The notes beneath the pieces are model-generated. The model was not told the DNA's origin. It searched no databases and saw nothing but the letters and a program-made list of their open reading frames with translations. Shown in pieces: positions 29,646-40,271 of a stretch of DNA of 64,000 bases. The position numbers were made by a program, and so were the translations under genes. Every line of letters begins with the position of its first letter. The stretch's first letter is position 1. This DNA is from an uncultured bacterium. Lineage in GTDB: Bacteria; UBP14; UBA6098; B30-G16. The DNA lies in assembly GCA_965552135.1 (NCBI GenBank), contig CBEVQY010000001.1, positions 96,001-160,000 on the forward strand, written 5' to 3'.

Positions 29646-32228
29646 TCAGCTTTTCGCGGTCAGCCTGAACGAGCGGTCGATTTCGAAGGGCTCGCCGAAG
29701 GGGGTTTTCCATCCCTCAGCGGCCGGGATCAAAAGCTCTTTGCGCACAAACCTTCCGCAGAGGGCGGTTTCTTCGCTCATACCCGCTGCGATGAGGAACT
29801 CCTGCGGTCTTCCGCTGCCTTTGTCGCCGGCGCGCAGGACGAGGCTAAAGCTGCAGCGCGCCTTGTTTCCGCCATCGATGCGCCAGGCGAGGATAAGCGG
29901 TCTTATGTCGACCGTCCTTTCGTGTCTGCGGAAGCTTATGCTCCCCTGTTGCGTCACCCAGTTGAGCGCGTCTTCGACCAGGCTTCGGCTTGCAGCGACC
30001 TCACACTCCCAAAGCGCCGCTTCAACGGACGCCTGAAGTGGCTTCGGCTTGCGGTGGAACGGCTGATATCCGCGAAGCTCCATCCCCTCGGGCAGCGCCC
30101 TCGCGAGGGCGTGTATGTTCGCTTCAGACACGGCGCCCGAAAGAAATACGTCCACATACTCCGCCTCGCTTTCGGCGCCGAGTGGGAGCGGCGGAGAGAA
30201 CGAAAGCTTTGGGTGCACATGATACCCTTCGGTGAAGGCGACGGGGAACCTCGCCCTTCGCAGCGTGCGTTCCCACAGCCGCAGCACGTCGAGGTGTCCC
30301 AGGAAGCGCATAAGCCCGCGCCGCGCGTAGCGAACCCTCACGACCGGTGCGAAGACGAGGGGCGTTTTGTGCTCCCTTCGGGGTCGCCTTCCGAACGATG
30401 TTGCAGCGCTCGCCGCGGATGTTCGCGCAAGAACCTGCTGCGGGACATCGCAGAACCGGCACCGAGCGCAATCCCGCGTCCAGCAGGGGAGGGTAAGTTT
30501 CCCCTGCATCGCCCGCGCGCGCTCAGCACGCAGGAAGTCCCGGCGAAGACCTTTGTCTATCACGTCCCACGGCAAAGGCTCGTCCTCGGCGCGCTCGGCA
30601 AGGCAACCCTCCAGGGAGAACCCGACCTCCTCCAAAGCTTCGAGGAAGATCCGCGGCTCGAAGAACTCGCTCCATGCGGCGTAAATTCCGCCCTTTCGCC
30701 AGGCAAGCTCGATTATGTCGCAGAAGCGTCTGTCGCCGCGGGCTAAAACGCCCTCGAGGATGGAGACGTACGGGTTGCGCCGCAGAACCTCCACCCGCCG
30801 CGGGAGGCGCGAAAGGACGTATTCCTCTCGCCTCCGGAGCTCCTCCGCCCCAAGCTGGCGCTCCCACTGGAACGGCGTGTGCGGTCTGGGGACGAAGGGC
30901 GACAGCGCCACCTTAAGCTTTGCCTTGTAGCGCTTCGCCAGCGCATCCGCCCTGCGGACGAGGTCGACGAGACCGTCGAGGTCGTCCTCGGTTTCGGTGG
31001 GCAGGCCGAACATGAAGTATAGCTTTACGCTGCGCCACTTTTTGCGGAAGGCGAGCTCGAGCGTCTCGAAGAACTTATCCTCGTCGAGGGGTTTGTTTAG
31101 GACGGCTCGCAGGCGCTGTGTGCCCGCCTCGGGCGCAAACGTAAGCCCGCTTTTGCGACCATAGCCCACAAGCTCGAGCAGCTCGTCGCTTACGTGCTCG
31201 ACTCGCACCGAGGGCAGGGCGAACTTGAGCTTGTTGTCCTTGACCCAGCCGCCAAGCCTCCGAACAAGACCATCGAGGTCGGAGTAGTCCGTTGTCGACA
31301 GCGCCAGAAGTCCGATCTCGTCCCATCCGGTTGCGGCGAAGTTCCGCATAAGCTCTGCAACAACCGCCTCCGCGGGGCGCTCCCTGAGGGGTCGGTAGGT
31401 GAAGCCCGACTCGCAGAACCTGCAACCCCTTCCGCATCCCCGGGCGAGCTCGGCGCGAAGCCTGTTGTGAACCACCTCGACCCAGGGCACGATCGGTGGT
31501 GTTGGGTAAAAGCCGTCCTCCAGGCGCGGCACCGTTGCAGCCTTCACGGGCAGCGGCGCACCGCCCTCGGCGGAAAAACCCGCGAAACGCCCCCCGTCGT
31601 AGCGAACGCCGTAAAGCGACGGAACGTAAACGCCGGGGAACTCACAAAGCCCCTCCAAAAGCTTCCTGCGGGGCAGGGCGCCTTTGTTTCTTTTCACGTA
31701 GTGCAGCAGGTCGACGAGTGCGACTTCGGCGTCGCCGACGTAGATTGCGTCGAAGAACTCCGCCACAGGCTCGGGGTGGAAGGCGCAGCTCCCGCCAGCG
31801 ATGACTATCGGATCACCCTCGCCCCGCGCAGACGACCGAAGCGGTATGCCGCCCATATCGAGCATCTCGAGGACGTTTGTGTACGAAAGCTCGTTCTCAA
31901 GCGTGAAGCCAACAACGTCGAACTGCGATATGGGCGTCTTGGTCTCGAGGCTTAGGGGAGGTATTCGGCGCTGCCGCATAAGGTTGCGCATGTCGTGCCA
32001 GGGCATGTAGATTCTTTCGCAGACAAGCTCGGGGTCTTTGTTGACGATGTTGTAAATCACAAGACCCCCGAAGTGGCTTGCGCCAAGCTCGTAGACCTCG
32101 GGGAAGACGAGTGCGAAGCGGAGCTTTCCCTCATGATCCTTGACTATGCTGCCAAGCTCGCCGCCGATGTAGCGTCCGGGCTTTTCGACCAGGGGCAAAA
32201 GCCGCTCTATTTCGGACCAGAACGACAT
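29646..32228 (-). CDS. TIGR03960-type radical SAM protein fused to a TIGR03936-type linked domain
   Basis: VEKPGRYIGGE, RGCGRGCRFC, TFAPEAGT, PRPHTPFQW; C-terminal RFLGHLD...FTEGYHVHPKLSF...LPLG. Confidence 0.9.
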   Translation of the reverse strand: MSFWSEIERLLPLVEKPGRYIGGELGSIVKDHEGKLRFALVFPEVYELGASHFGGLVIYNIVNKDPELVCERIYMPWHDMRNLMRQRRIPPLSLETKTPISQFDVVGFTLENELSYTNVLEMLDMGGIPLRSSARGEGDPIVIAGGSCAFHPEPVAEFFDAIYVGDAEVALVDLLHYVKRNKGALPRRKLLEGLCEFPGVYVPSLYGVRYDGGRFAGFSAEGGAPLPVKAATVPRLEDGFYPTPPIVPWVEVVHNRLRAELARGCGRGCRFCESGFTYRPLRERPAEAVVAELMRNFAATGWDEIGLLALSTTDYSDLDGLVRRLGGWVKDNKLKFALPSVRVEHVSDELLELVGYGRKSGLTFAPEAGTQRLRAVLNKPLDEDKFFETLELAFRKKWRSVKLYFMFGLPTETEDDLDGLVDLVRRADALAKRYKAKLKVALSPFVPRPHTPFQWERQLGAEELRRREEYVLSRLPRRVEVLRRNPYVSILEGVLARGDRRFCDIIELAWRKGGIYAAWSEFFEPRIFLEALEEVGFSLEGCLAERAEDEPLPWDVIDKGLRRDFLRAERARAMQGKLTLPCWTRDCARCRFCDVPQQVLARTSAASAATSFGRRPRREHKTPLVFAPVVRVRYARRGLMRFLGHLDVLRLWERTLRRARFPVAFTEGYHVHPKLSFSPPLPLGAESEAEYVDVFLSGAVSEANIHALARALPEGMELRGYQPFHRKPKPLQASVEAALWECEVAASRSLVEDALNWVTQQGSISFRRHERTVDIRPLILAWRIDGGNKARCSFSLVLRAGDKGSGRPQEFLIAAGMSEETALCGRFVRKELLIPAAEGWKTPFGEPFEIDRSFRLTAKS

Positions 32229-32270
32229 CGACGACAAAGATAAGCAAGCCGCCTTTGGGTCGCAAAGCCT

Positions 32271-35200
32271 TTAGCTCTCAACGAGCCGCGTAAGGAGCGA
32301 GGTGAGGATGCGCAAAGTCGTTTGGACGTCGCAGGCTTTGGGCAGCCTTATCGCCGCCCCTGTTTCGCGCGGCGGAATGAGCTCGGGCGGTGGTTGAAAT
32401 CCCCGAAGCCTCTCGTCGAGCTTCGCAAGGGGAAGCCTCTCCGGCGAAAACGAAAGCACAACCCACCTCCCCCTAAAGGAAACCGAACTGAAGCCCGCTT
32501 TTGTGGCGAGTATTCGCGCCTTCACGAACGACACGAGGTTTTGAGCCTCGGGGGGGAGCTTTCCGAACCTGTCGGAAAGTTCCTCCTCGATCACCCTCAC
32601 CTTCTCGACGCGTTCGGCGGTAAAGAGCCTTTGGTAGTATCCGAGCCGCTCTTCGAACGACGGGATGTATTCTGGCGGCAGCAGTGCGTCGAAGTCGATG
32701 GAGAATGGCACTGGCTCGAAGACGGGTGGCGGCTGCCCCTTAAGCTCAGCCACCGCCTCGGCGAGCATCTTCGAGTACAGATCAAGACCGACCTCCTCAA
32801 CGAAGCCGCTTTGTTCCTTGCCCAGGAGGTTCCCGGCGCCGCGGATCTCGAGGTCCTTGAGGGCAAGGTGGTAACCGCTGCCGAGCTGCGTGTGTTCGAG
32901 GAGGGCTTTGAGCCGCTTGCGGGCATCGGGCGAAAGGGAGCGGTAGGGTGGGATCACAAGGTACGCATACGCCTGCACATCCGACCTGCCAACGCGCCCG
33001 CGCAGCTGATAAAGCTGCGCCAGACCAAACTGATCCGCGCGGTTTATTATTATCGTGTTCACGCGGGGCATGTCGGTGCCCGACTCGATTATCGCCGTCG
33101 AAAGCAGGAGGTCGTACTTCCCCTCGCGGAAGTCGAGCACGGTCTTCTCAAGCATCCTTTTGGGCATTTTGCCGTGGGCGACGGCTATCCTCACGTCGGG
33201 CATCGCCCTCTTGAGCAGCGCTTCGATGCCCCCTATCGTCTCGACGCGGTTGTGGACGAAGAATACCTGTCCGCCGCGCTCAAGCTCGTTGTAGACGGCT
33301 TTGGCGAAAAGCTCGAGGTTCCACGGCACGATCTGGGTGAACACCGCCTTGCGCAGCCTCGGCGCCGTCTCGATAAGGGATATGTCCCTAAGCCCCGAGA
33401 TGGAGAAGTAGAGGGTCCGCGGGATCGGCGTTGCCGTCATCGTGAGGACGTCGACCTCCGCCCGCAGCGCTTTCAGCCTCTCCTTGTGTCGAACGCCGAA
33501 CCACTGCTCCTCGTCCACGATCAAAAGCCCAAGCTCCCTGAACCTGACCCTTTCTGTAAGCAGCATGTGGGTTCCCACGACTATGTCGACCTTTCCTTCC
33601 GCGAGGTCTTCGATGATGCGGCTCGCAAGTTTTGGCGGGGTGAACCGACACAGCATTTCGACCCTCACGGGCAGGTTGGCAAGCCTTTTGCGGAAGGTGT
33701 CGAAGTGCTGCGCGGCGAGGATGGTCGTTGGCACAAGCACCGCTACCTGCTTTCCGCTGGCAACGACCCTTACGGCTGCCCGAAGCGCAACCTCGGTCTT
33801 GCCGAAGCCAACGTCGCCGCACAAAAGCCTGTCCATCGGCTTGGGCTTGGCAAGATCACTTAAAACCTCCTCTATTGCCTTTCGCTGGTCGGGCGTCTCC
33901 TCGTAGGGGAAGGTCTTCGCAAGCTCCTCCTCCCACTCAGGCGCCGGCGGGAAGGGTTCTCGTTCCTTTATCTGCCGTAGGGCGTATATCCTGACGAGCT
34001 CTCCCGCAAGCTCAAACGCCCTCCTTCGTGCGCGCGCTTTAGATGCAGCCCACCTCTTGCCCCCAAGCTTCGAAAGCCGCGCCGACGAAGGACCTATGTA
34101 GGGGTTGACGAGGTAAAAATCCTCTATCGGGACGTAAAGCTTCTCACCGTCTGCGAATTCGAGCTGGAGGAACTCCGTCTTCCCGTTGCCTGCGTCGAGG
34201 GTTTTTATCCCCAAAAACCTTGCGATTCCGTATTCGGAGTGGACGACGAGGTCTCCGGGCTCGATGCCGTAGTGTGCCAGCATTGCGCGTCCCTGGTGGT
34301 AGCTTGGCGGCTGGAACATCGCCCTCGAGAAGCCAAGGATCTGGTCTCCCGAGAGTGCAGCAACACGGGCATCCTTCAGGGCGAAGCTCTGCGATATGGT
34401 CCCCTTTCGCACCGGCACGGGGAGCCGTCCGCCGAGCCTGCGCTCGATGCGCTTGCGCTGCGCGTCCGACGCAGTGAAGACGAAGACCTCCCCCTCCGCC
34501 GCAAGCGACGCAAGCTGGTCGAGGAGCTCGATGGGGTCCTCCTTTGCCACGATCTCCCTCGCCCCGAAGTCGATGGTGGTGGGTGTGGTCGGCACCTCCC
34601 TCACGAGCACGTGCGCCCCAAGCAGACGCCTTTTCAGCTCTTGCGCGTTTTGGAAGATCTCTTCGGGCGGTGGAGGTTGCAGCTCCTCCCACGCCACGCG
34701 CTCCCGCAGCTCGCGCGCCTTTGCGGCAAATGCATCGACCTCGCGGGCAAGATCCTCCGGCTCCACGGAGATGAAGATCGCCCCCGCTTTTTCGAAGACC
34801 TCCGCGGGTGGCACCGGCTGTGGCTCGAAGAAGGACGAGAACCATATCTCGCCCGGGAACCTGCTGTCGAACGCCGTTCTCGCCAAAAGCTCCTCGACCG
34901 CGCTTTGGGGCAGCTTGTTCCTTGCGTCGCTTCGCAGCCGCCTCGCGACGCCTTCGGGCGTCGCCTCGCCGATGACCGGCCCCTCCACGGCGGGAACAAA
35001 GAGCGCCTCGCCCACCCTCCCTATCCAGCGCCGGTTGTGCGTTGAAAAAAGCCTTATCTGGTCGACGACGTCGCCGAAAAACTCGACCCGCACGGGATCG
35101 GGGTGCGCAGGCGAGAAGAAGTCGATGATCTCCCCCCTGCGGGCAAAAGTCTGCAAAAACTCAACGAGCTGCTCCCTGCGGTATCCGGCTCTAACGAGCC

Positions 35201-35657
35201 GGGTTGCAAGCTCGTCCATCGGTATCTCCATCCCCTTTCCGACGCGGAACGCCTGTTCGCGCAGGGCGCTGGGGGGTATGGTCTTCCACATAAGCGCCGC
35301 CGGGGTCGTGATGATAACTGGAGCCGGGGCGACAAGGAGCTTCCAGAGAGCAAAAATCCTTTCGGCGACGAGCTCTGCGGCGGGGTATTTGTGCTCGTAG
35401 GGGAGTATGTCCCACTCCGGGAACGGTGCAGCGCGCTTTCCGGATGCGGTTTGTGCGTCTGCTCGTGCGGCAACGAACTCGCCCTGCGGCACAACGACGA
35501 CGGCAGGTTTTTGCGTTTGGCGTGCGATGACATCGGCAAGCGCAGCCCAAAGCGGTCGGCAAAGCCCGCTGACGCTGACGGAACCCGTCCCCAAGCGCTC
35601 AAGGAGCTCGGCTAAGGCGGCGCTGCGCTCAAATATTTTCGACAAAGCCGACGCCAC
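32271..35657 (-). CDS. mfd: Transcription-repair coupling factor
   Basis: FPYEETPDQ, MDRLLCGDVGFGKTEVA, TATPIPRTL, QLRGRVGRS, DLEIRGAGNLLG. Confidence 0.97.
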   Translation of the reverse strand: MASALSKIFERSAALAELLERLGTGSVSVSGLCRPLWAALADVIARQTQKPAVVVVPQGEFVAARADAQTASGKRAAPFPEWDILPYEHKYPAAELVAERIFALWKLLVAPAPVIITTPAALMWKTIPPSALREQAFRVGKGMEIPMDELATRLVRAGYRREQLVEFLQTFARRGEIIDFFSPAHPDPVRVEFFGDVVDQIRLFSTHNRRWIGRVGEALFVPAVEGPVIGEATPEGVARRLRSDARNKLPQSAVEELLARTAFDSRFPGEIWFSSFFEPQPVPPAEVFEKAGAIFISVEPEDLAREVDAFAAKARELRERVAWEELQPPPPEEIFQNAQELKRRLLGAHVLVREVPTTPTTIDFGAREIVAKEDPIELLDQLASLAAEGEVFVFTASDAQRKRIERRLGGRLPVPVRKGTISQSFALKDARVAALSGDQILGFSRAMFQPPSYHQGRAMLAHYGIEPGDLVVHSEYGIARFLGIKTLDAGNGKTEFLQLEFADGEKLYVPIEDFYLVNPYIGPSSARLSKLGGKRWAASKARARRRAFELAGELVRIYALRQIKEREPFPPAPEWEEELAKTFPYEETPDQRKAIEEVLSDLAKPKPMDRLLCGDVGFGKTEVALRAAVRVVASGKQVAVLVPTTILAAQHFDTFRKRLANLPVRVEMLCRFTPPKLASRIIEDLAEGKVDIVVGTHMLLTERVRFRELGLLIVDEEQWFGVRHKERLKALRAEVDVLTMTATPIPRTLYFSISGLRDISLIETAPRLRKAVFTQIVPWNLELFAKAVYNELERGGQVFFVHNRVETIGGIEALLKRAMPDVRIAVAHGKMPKRMLEKTVLDFREGKYDLLLSTAIIESGTDMPRVNTIIINRADQFGLAQLYQLRGRVGRSDVQAYAYLVIPPYRSLSPDARKRLKALLEHTQLGSGYHLALKDLEIRGAGNLLGKEQSGFVEEVGLDLYSKMLAEAVAELKGQPPPVFEPVPFSIDFDALLPPEYIPSFEERLGYYQRLFTAERVEKVRVIEEELSDRFGKLPPEAQNLVSFVKARILATKAGFSSVSFRGRWVVLSFSPERLPLAKLDERLRGFQPPPELIPPRETGAAIRLPKACDVQTTLRILTSLLTRLVES

Positions 35658-35751
35658 AGACTAACATTATCTTGAAAACAAGCCGGCTTCGCAAGGCAGC
35701 GCTTCGAATTTTGAGTTGCAGCCACAGAGGCGCGGGATATCTTTAAGTGCT

Positions 35752-36423
35752 ATGGGTAGGCGAGAATCGAAAGGGAGGGGCGGTTCGCGCCGTCCGAAGC
35801 GCAGTGGCTTCGAGGCGCTTTTGGTGGCGCTTGGAATAGCCCTTATCCTCCGCGCAACGGTCGTGCAGGCGTTCAACATACCGTCGGGGTCCATGGAGGA
35901 CACCCTCCTTGTGGGCGACTTCATTTTGGGGGAGAAGATAACCTTCCGCTTTCGTTCGCCGCGACCCGGCGAGGTGGTCATCTTCCGCCACCCGAAGATA
36001 CCCGGGCGCGACCTCATAAAGCGCTGCGTTGCCCTGGAAGGCGACACGGTGCTTATAGTGAACAAGGTCCTGTACGTCAACGGGCGACGCTTTCCTGATC
36101 CGCCCAAGGCGAAGTACGTCGACCCACGCATCATCCCAGCGCGCTATGCGCCCCGCGATAACTTCGGACCATACGTCGTCCCCAAAGGACACATATTCGT
36201 TATGGGCGACAACCGCGATAACTCCGACGACTCCCGCTTCTGGGGTCCTCTGCCGCTGAAAAACGTCAAGGCAAGACCGCTTTTCGTGTATTTCTCAATA
36301 AACCCCGGTCCCAGACCGCCGCGCGTGAGGTCGATACTCGACATATATCTATCCCTCGTAAAAAGCCTTCTCCACATACCGCCGCGCATAAGGCTTTGGA
36401 GGATAGGCATCATAGTGAAGTAG
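35752..36423 (+). CDS. lepB: Signal peptidase I
   Basis: IPSGSMEDTL, IKRC, MGDNRDNSDDSRFWG. Confidence 0.96.
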   Translation: MGRRESKGRGGSRRPKRSGFEALLVALGIALILRATVVQAFNIPSGSMEDTLLVGDFILGEKITFRFRSPRPGEVVIFRHPKIPGRDLIKRCVALEGDTVLIVNKVLYVNGRRFPDPPKAKYVDPRIIPARYAPRDNFGPYVVPKGHIFVMGDNRDNSDDSRFWGPLPLKNVKARPLFVYFSINPGPRPPRVRSILDIYLSLVKSLLHIPPRIRLWRIGIIVK

Positions 36424-36442
36424 CGTTCTTGTGGCAAAAGCG

Positions 36443-36470
36443 TTGACAGCGCGCTTTCGTCGATTATCTT
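36443..36470 (+). promoter_or_regulatory. sigma70-like promoter upstream of lon copy 1
   Basis: TTGACA-16 bp-TATCTT. Confidence 0.55.
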
Positions 36471-36488
36471 CCTTGGAGCATTGGAGCG

Positions 36489-38918
36489 ATGGCTATGGGA
36501 AAGGCATATGGAGACGAAAGCATTCTTCTGCCTGTGATACCCCTTCGGGGCGTTGTCATCTTTCCTCACACGGTAACGCCCATCCTCGTAGGTCGCCAGC
36601 GCTCCATAAGAGCGGTGGAGTATGCGTCGTCTGCGGACGGGAGGGTATTCCTCGTCGCCCAGCTCGACCCGCGGGTGGAGGCACCATCCTCGGACGATAT
36701 GTTCCACGTCGGGACTGTGGCGAAGGTTGTGCAGGTTATGAGGTTTTCGTCGGGGATGCTTAAGGTCCTCGTTGAGGGCGAGACGAGGGCGCGCGTCGTA
36801 AGGTACCATTTCCACAGAGACTTCATCGACGCGCTGGTGGAGCCGTTCGAGCCGTCCACGGCGGGCGACGAAGCCGAAATCGAAGCACTCCTGCGCGAAG
36901 CAAAAGAGCTTTTCGAAAAGTACATAAGCCTCTCCCAGCACCTGCCCGAGGAGCTTATCCGCGTCTTCGACGAAACCGAGGACCCGAACTACACGACCGA
37001 CGTCATCTGCGCCCAGCTGCAGATAGACTTCCGCGACAAGCAAGGTCTTCTGCAGACTCGCACCGTCAAGCAAAAGCTTAACATCCTCATACGCATCCTC
37101 GCCCGCGAGGTCAAGATACTCGAGTATAAGGAGAAGATCGAGCGCAAGGTCCAGCGGATGATGGACGACAGCCAGAAGGAGTATTTCCTCCGCCAGCAGC
37201 TTGAGGCTATTCGGGCGGAGCTTGGCGAGGAGGGCACAGGCTACGACGAGGAGCTTAAGGAGCTTCAGGCAAAGATCGAAGACGCAAAGCTCCCGCAGCG
37301 CGTTCGGGAGGTTGTGGAAAAGGAGTTTGTTAAGCTTACTCGCACTCCTCCCACGTCCCCCGAGGCGGCGGTGATAAGAAACTACATCGACTGGCTCATC
37401 GAGCTCCCCTGGCTTGTGGTGACCGAGGACTGCACCGACATAAAGAAAGCCGAGAAGATCCTCGACGAGGACCACTACGGTCTTGAGAAGATAAAGGAGC
37501 GCATACTTGAGCACATAGCGCTTATGGTTCTCCACGGTCCCTCTGAGGGGCGTCGTCCTGGCGAGGACTTCGAAGAGTTTTTGAGGCGCTGGGCGATGGA
37601 GCCTTACGAAAACGTCCTGTCTCGCCGCCCCCGCGGACCTATCCTCTGCCTTGTGGGACCTCCTGGCGTTGGGAAGACCTCCGTTGCCAAGTCGGTTGCC
37701 CGCGCGCTTGGGCGCAAGTTCGTCAGGGCTTCGCTGGGCGGTCTGCACGATGAAGCCGAGATCCGCGGGCACAGAAGAACCTACGTCGGTGCCCTGCCAG
37801 GAAAGATCATCCAAGGGCTGCGAAGAGCCGGGACGAGGAACCCCGTCTTCCTGCTCGACGAAATCGACAAGATCGGCAAGGATTTTCGCGGTGACCCCGC
37901 CGCAGCGCTTATGGAAGTCCTCGACCCTGACCAGAACAACTCCTTCATGGACAACTACATCGAAATCCCCTTCGACCTTTCGCTCGTTATGTTCATCACA
38001 ACCGCAAACACCATCGAGGGCATCCCGCCGCCCCTTTTGGACCGAATGGAGATTTTGCGCATACCCGGCTACCTCGAGAACGAAAAGCTTATCATCGGGC
38101 GCGACTACCTGCTGCCCAAGCAGCTTAAGCTCAAAGGGCTCGAGAGGTACAAAATCACCATCGAGGACGACGCCTTCCTCGAGATCATACGTCACTACAC
38201 CCGCGAGGCTGGCGTAAGGGAGCTTGAGCGTCAGATTTCAGCTATTTTGCGCAAGATAGCGGTTCAGATAGCGCGCGACAGACGCCGCAAACGCTTCGTC
38301 GTAAGGAGGGAGGACATAAAGGGCTACCTTGGCGTGCCCAAGTATGTTTCTTCGCCCGTTCCCGAGCGGCTTATTCCCGGCGAGGCGCTTGGGCTTGCGT
38401 GGACGCAGGCGGGCGGTGAGCTTTTGCGCGTCGAGGTCCTACTCATCCCCGGAAGCGGCAAAACCAAATCCACAGGCTCGCTGGGCGATGTGATGAGGGA
38501 GTCGGTTGAGGCGGCGATGTCGTTTGTGAGGTCTCGGGCGAAGCAGCTGGGATTCCCACCGTCTGAGATGGAGAAGCACGACGTGCACATCCACTTCCCC
38601 GAGGGTGCGGTCCCCAAGGATGGTCCGAGCGCAGGTCTTGCCGTCGTCGTCGCGCTGGCATCGGCGCTTACGGGGAAAAGCGTCCCAAACGATTTAGCTA
38701 TGACGGGCGAAATCACCCTCACAGGCAGGGTCCTGCCCGTAGGTGGGCTGCCCGAAAAGCTCCTTGCCGCAAAAAGGTACAAGGTGAGGCGGGTGATAAT
38801 CCCGAAGGAGAACGAGAAGGACCTCGAGGAGATCAAGAAGGAGGTTTTGGAGGGGCTGGAGATATTGCCCGTCTCCGCCGTCGATGATGCTTTGGGCATC
38901 GTTTTCGGCGGCGCGTAG
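36489..38918 (+). CDS. lon: ATP-dependent protease La (Lon), copy 1, with a 29-aa insertion before Walker A
   Basis: GPPGVGKT, RGHRRTYVGA, LLDEIDK, PKDGPSAG. Confidence 0.97.
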   Translation: MAMGKAYGDESILLPVIPLRGVVIFPHTVTPILVGRQRSIRAVEYASSADGRVFLVAQLDPRVEAPSSDDMFHVGTVAKVVQVMRFSSGMLKVLVEGETRARVVRYHFHRDFIDALVEPFEPSTAGDEAEIEALLREAKELFEKYISLSQHLPEELIRVFDETEDPNYTTDVICAQLQIDFRDKQGLLQTRTVKQKLNILIRILAREVKILEYKEKIERKVQRMMDDSQKEYFLRQQLEAIRAELGEEGTGYDEELKELQAKIEDAKLPQRVREVVEKEFVKLTRTPPTSPEAAVIRNYIDWLIELPWLVVTEDCTDIKKAEKILDEDHYGLEKIKERILEHIALMVLHGPSEGRRPGEDFEEFLRRWAMEPYENVLSRRPRGPILCLVGPPGVGKTSVAKSVARALGRKFVRASLGGLHDEAEIRGHRRTYVGALPGKIIQGLRRAGTRNPVFLLDEIDKIGKDFRGDPAAALMEVLDPDQNNSFMDNYIEIPFDLSLVMFITTANTIEGIPPPLLDRMEILRIPGYLENEKLIIGRDYLLPKQLKLKGLERYKITIEDDAFLEIIRHYTREAGVRELERQISAILRKIAVQIARDRRRKRFVVRREDIKGYLGVPKYVSSPVPERLIPGEALGLAWTQAGGELLRVEVLLIPGSGKTKSTGSLGDVMRESVEAAMSFVRSRAKQLGFPPSEMEKHDVHIHFPEGAVPKDGPSAGLAVVVALASALTGKSVPNDLAMTGEITLTGRVLPVGGLPEKLLAAKRYKVRRVIIPKENEKDLEEIKKEVLEGLEILPVSAVDDALGIVFGGA

Positions 38919-38937
38919 CCGTTGCGGAAATTTGGTG

Positions 38938-38966
38938 TTGACGACGCCCCGAGGCGTTAGTAAGTT
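38938..38966 (+). promoter_or_regulatory. sigma70-like promoter upstream of pyrB
   Basis: TTGACG-17 bp-TAAGTT. Confidence 0.5.
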
Positions 38967-38996
38967 TGGCAAAACCGCAAAGCCAAGGGGCGGAGA

Positions 38997-39926
38997 ATGT
39001 CCTTCCGCCACAAAAGCCTTCTGGGTTTAAGGGAGCTTTCCGCGGAGGAGATAACCTTCCTTCTGGACGAGGCGAAGGCATTTCGCAAGATCCTCGAGCG
39101 AGAACTCAAAAAGGTCCCAACGCTTAGGTGGCTTACGGTGGTAAACCTCTTCTACGAGCCCTCCACGCGCACGAGGATATCGTTCGAGCTTGCGGAGAAA
39201 AGGCTTTCTGCCGACGTGGTCAACTTTTCGAAGGCTGTCTCGAGCGTTCAGAAGGGCGAGAGTTTGCGCGATACGGTGCAAAACATCTTGGCGATGAAGG
39301 TCGATATGGTCGTTATGCGCCACTCGAGCGTTGGCGCGCCGCACTACATCGCGAGGGCAACGGGCGTTCCCGTCATAAACGCGGGCGACGGAACAAACGA
39401 ACACCCAACGCAGGCACTGCTTGATCTCTACACAATCCGCGAGAAGTTCGGCTACTTCCGCGGGCTCAGGGTCGTGATCCTGGGCGATATCAGGCACTCC
39501 CGCGTTGCCCGCAGCAACATCTGGGGCCTGAAGAAACTTGGCGCCTCGGTGGCGATATGTGGTCCAAAAACGCTTCTGCCGCCACACCCCGAGGTCCTCG
39601 GCGTGGAGGTCTACACCGACGTGGAGAAGGCTTTAGCGGGCGCAAACGTCGTAAACGTCCTCAGGCTTCAGCTCGAGCGCCAGAAGGCGGGATACATTCC
39701 GTCGCTGCGCGAGTACAGGATGTTCTGGGGGCTTACCGCGAAGCGGGTGAAGCTGCTCGACCCCGACCACATCATAATGCACCCGGGTCCCCTTAACCGC
39801 GGCGTCGAGATCGACCCCGACGTCGCCGACTCGGAAGACTCCGTCATCCTCGAGCAGGTCACAAACGGCGTCGCGGTGCGGATGGCTGTGCTCTACACGC
39901 TCGCGGGGATGATATCGAGAAGGTGA
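38997..39926 (+). CDS. pyrB: Aspartate carbamoyltransferase catalytic subunit
   Basis: FYEPSTRTRISF, NAGDGTNEHPTQALLD, MHPGPLNRGVEI. Confidence 0.97.
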   Translation: MSFRHKSLLGLRELSAEEITFLLDEAKAFRKILERELKKVPTLRWLTVVNLFYEPSTRTRISFELAEKRLSADVVNFSKAVSSVQKGESLRDTVQNILAMKVDMVVMRHSSVGAPHYIARATGVPVINAGDGTNEHPTQALLDLYTIREKFGYFRGLRVVILGDIRHSRVARSNIWGLKKLGASVAICGPKTLLPPHPEVLGVEVYTDVEKALAGANVVNVLRLQLERQKAGYIPSLREYRMFWGLTAKRVKLLDPDHIIMHPGPLNRGVEIDPDVADSEDSVILEQVTNGVAVRMAVLYTLAGMISRR

Positions 39927-39948
39927 GACACCCCATCGATGCTGCGCG

Positions 39949-40271
39949 CAGGCGCCTTCGGGCTTCCGGGCAAATCCTCACAGGCGTTTATCGAGAAGCC
40001 CAGGCTGCATGTGCAGTGGCGCTAAGATGATCAGCCGCACGGGCGCCAAAGCCGTGACGGGGGCGTTGTCCGCCGACGCCTCAGCAGGGTGGAGCTTGGC
40101 AGCAGTGCTTCGTCCCGCGGGCATTTTTGCGACAGCGCCCCGTCTTGCAGACATCCCTGCGTTAGCCCTCTGCTTTGCGGATATACCTGCGACGGTTCGT
40201 TTCACGGACATCGCTGCGGCGCCGCCTTTCTGCAGACGTCCGCGCCCCCGATGGACGGCTACGGGCGCCTG
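39949..40271. repeat. Convergent intergenic region with nested inverted repeats and a 27-30 nt periodic repeat
   Basis: CAGGCGCC/GGCGCCTG at the ends; GACGGGGGCGTTGTC (40056) with GACAGCGCCCCGTC (40131); GCRGAYATmcCTGCG-like units at 40145, 40175, 40202, 40230. Confidence 0.45.

Noticed and set aside
29553..29700. Integrative element at tRNA-Arg
   Set aside because: No integrase or duplicated tRNA 3' end seen; a housekeeping gene ends 19 bp downstream.
37521..37637. Intein in Lon copy 1
   Set aside because: Far too short and lacks the N-terminal C/S and C-terminal HN splice motifs.
36144..38195. Long antisense ORFs (683 aa opposite lon, 513 aa opposite mfd, 491 aa opposite the GT-TPR gene, etc.)
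   Set aside because: Typical shadow ORFs of GC3-rich coding strands, with no recognisable motifs.
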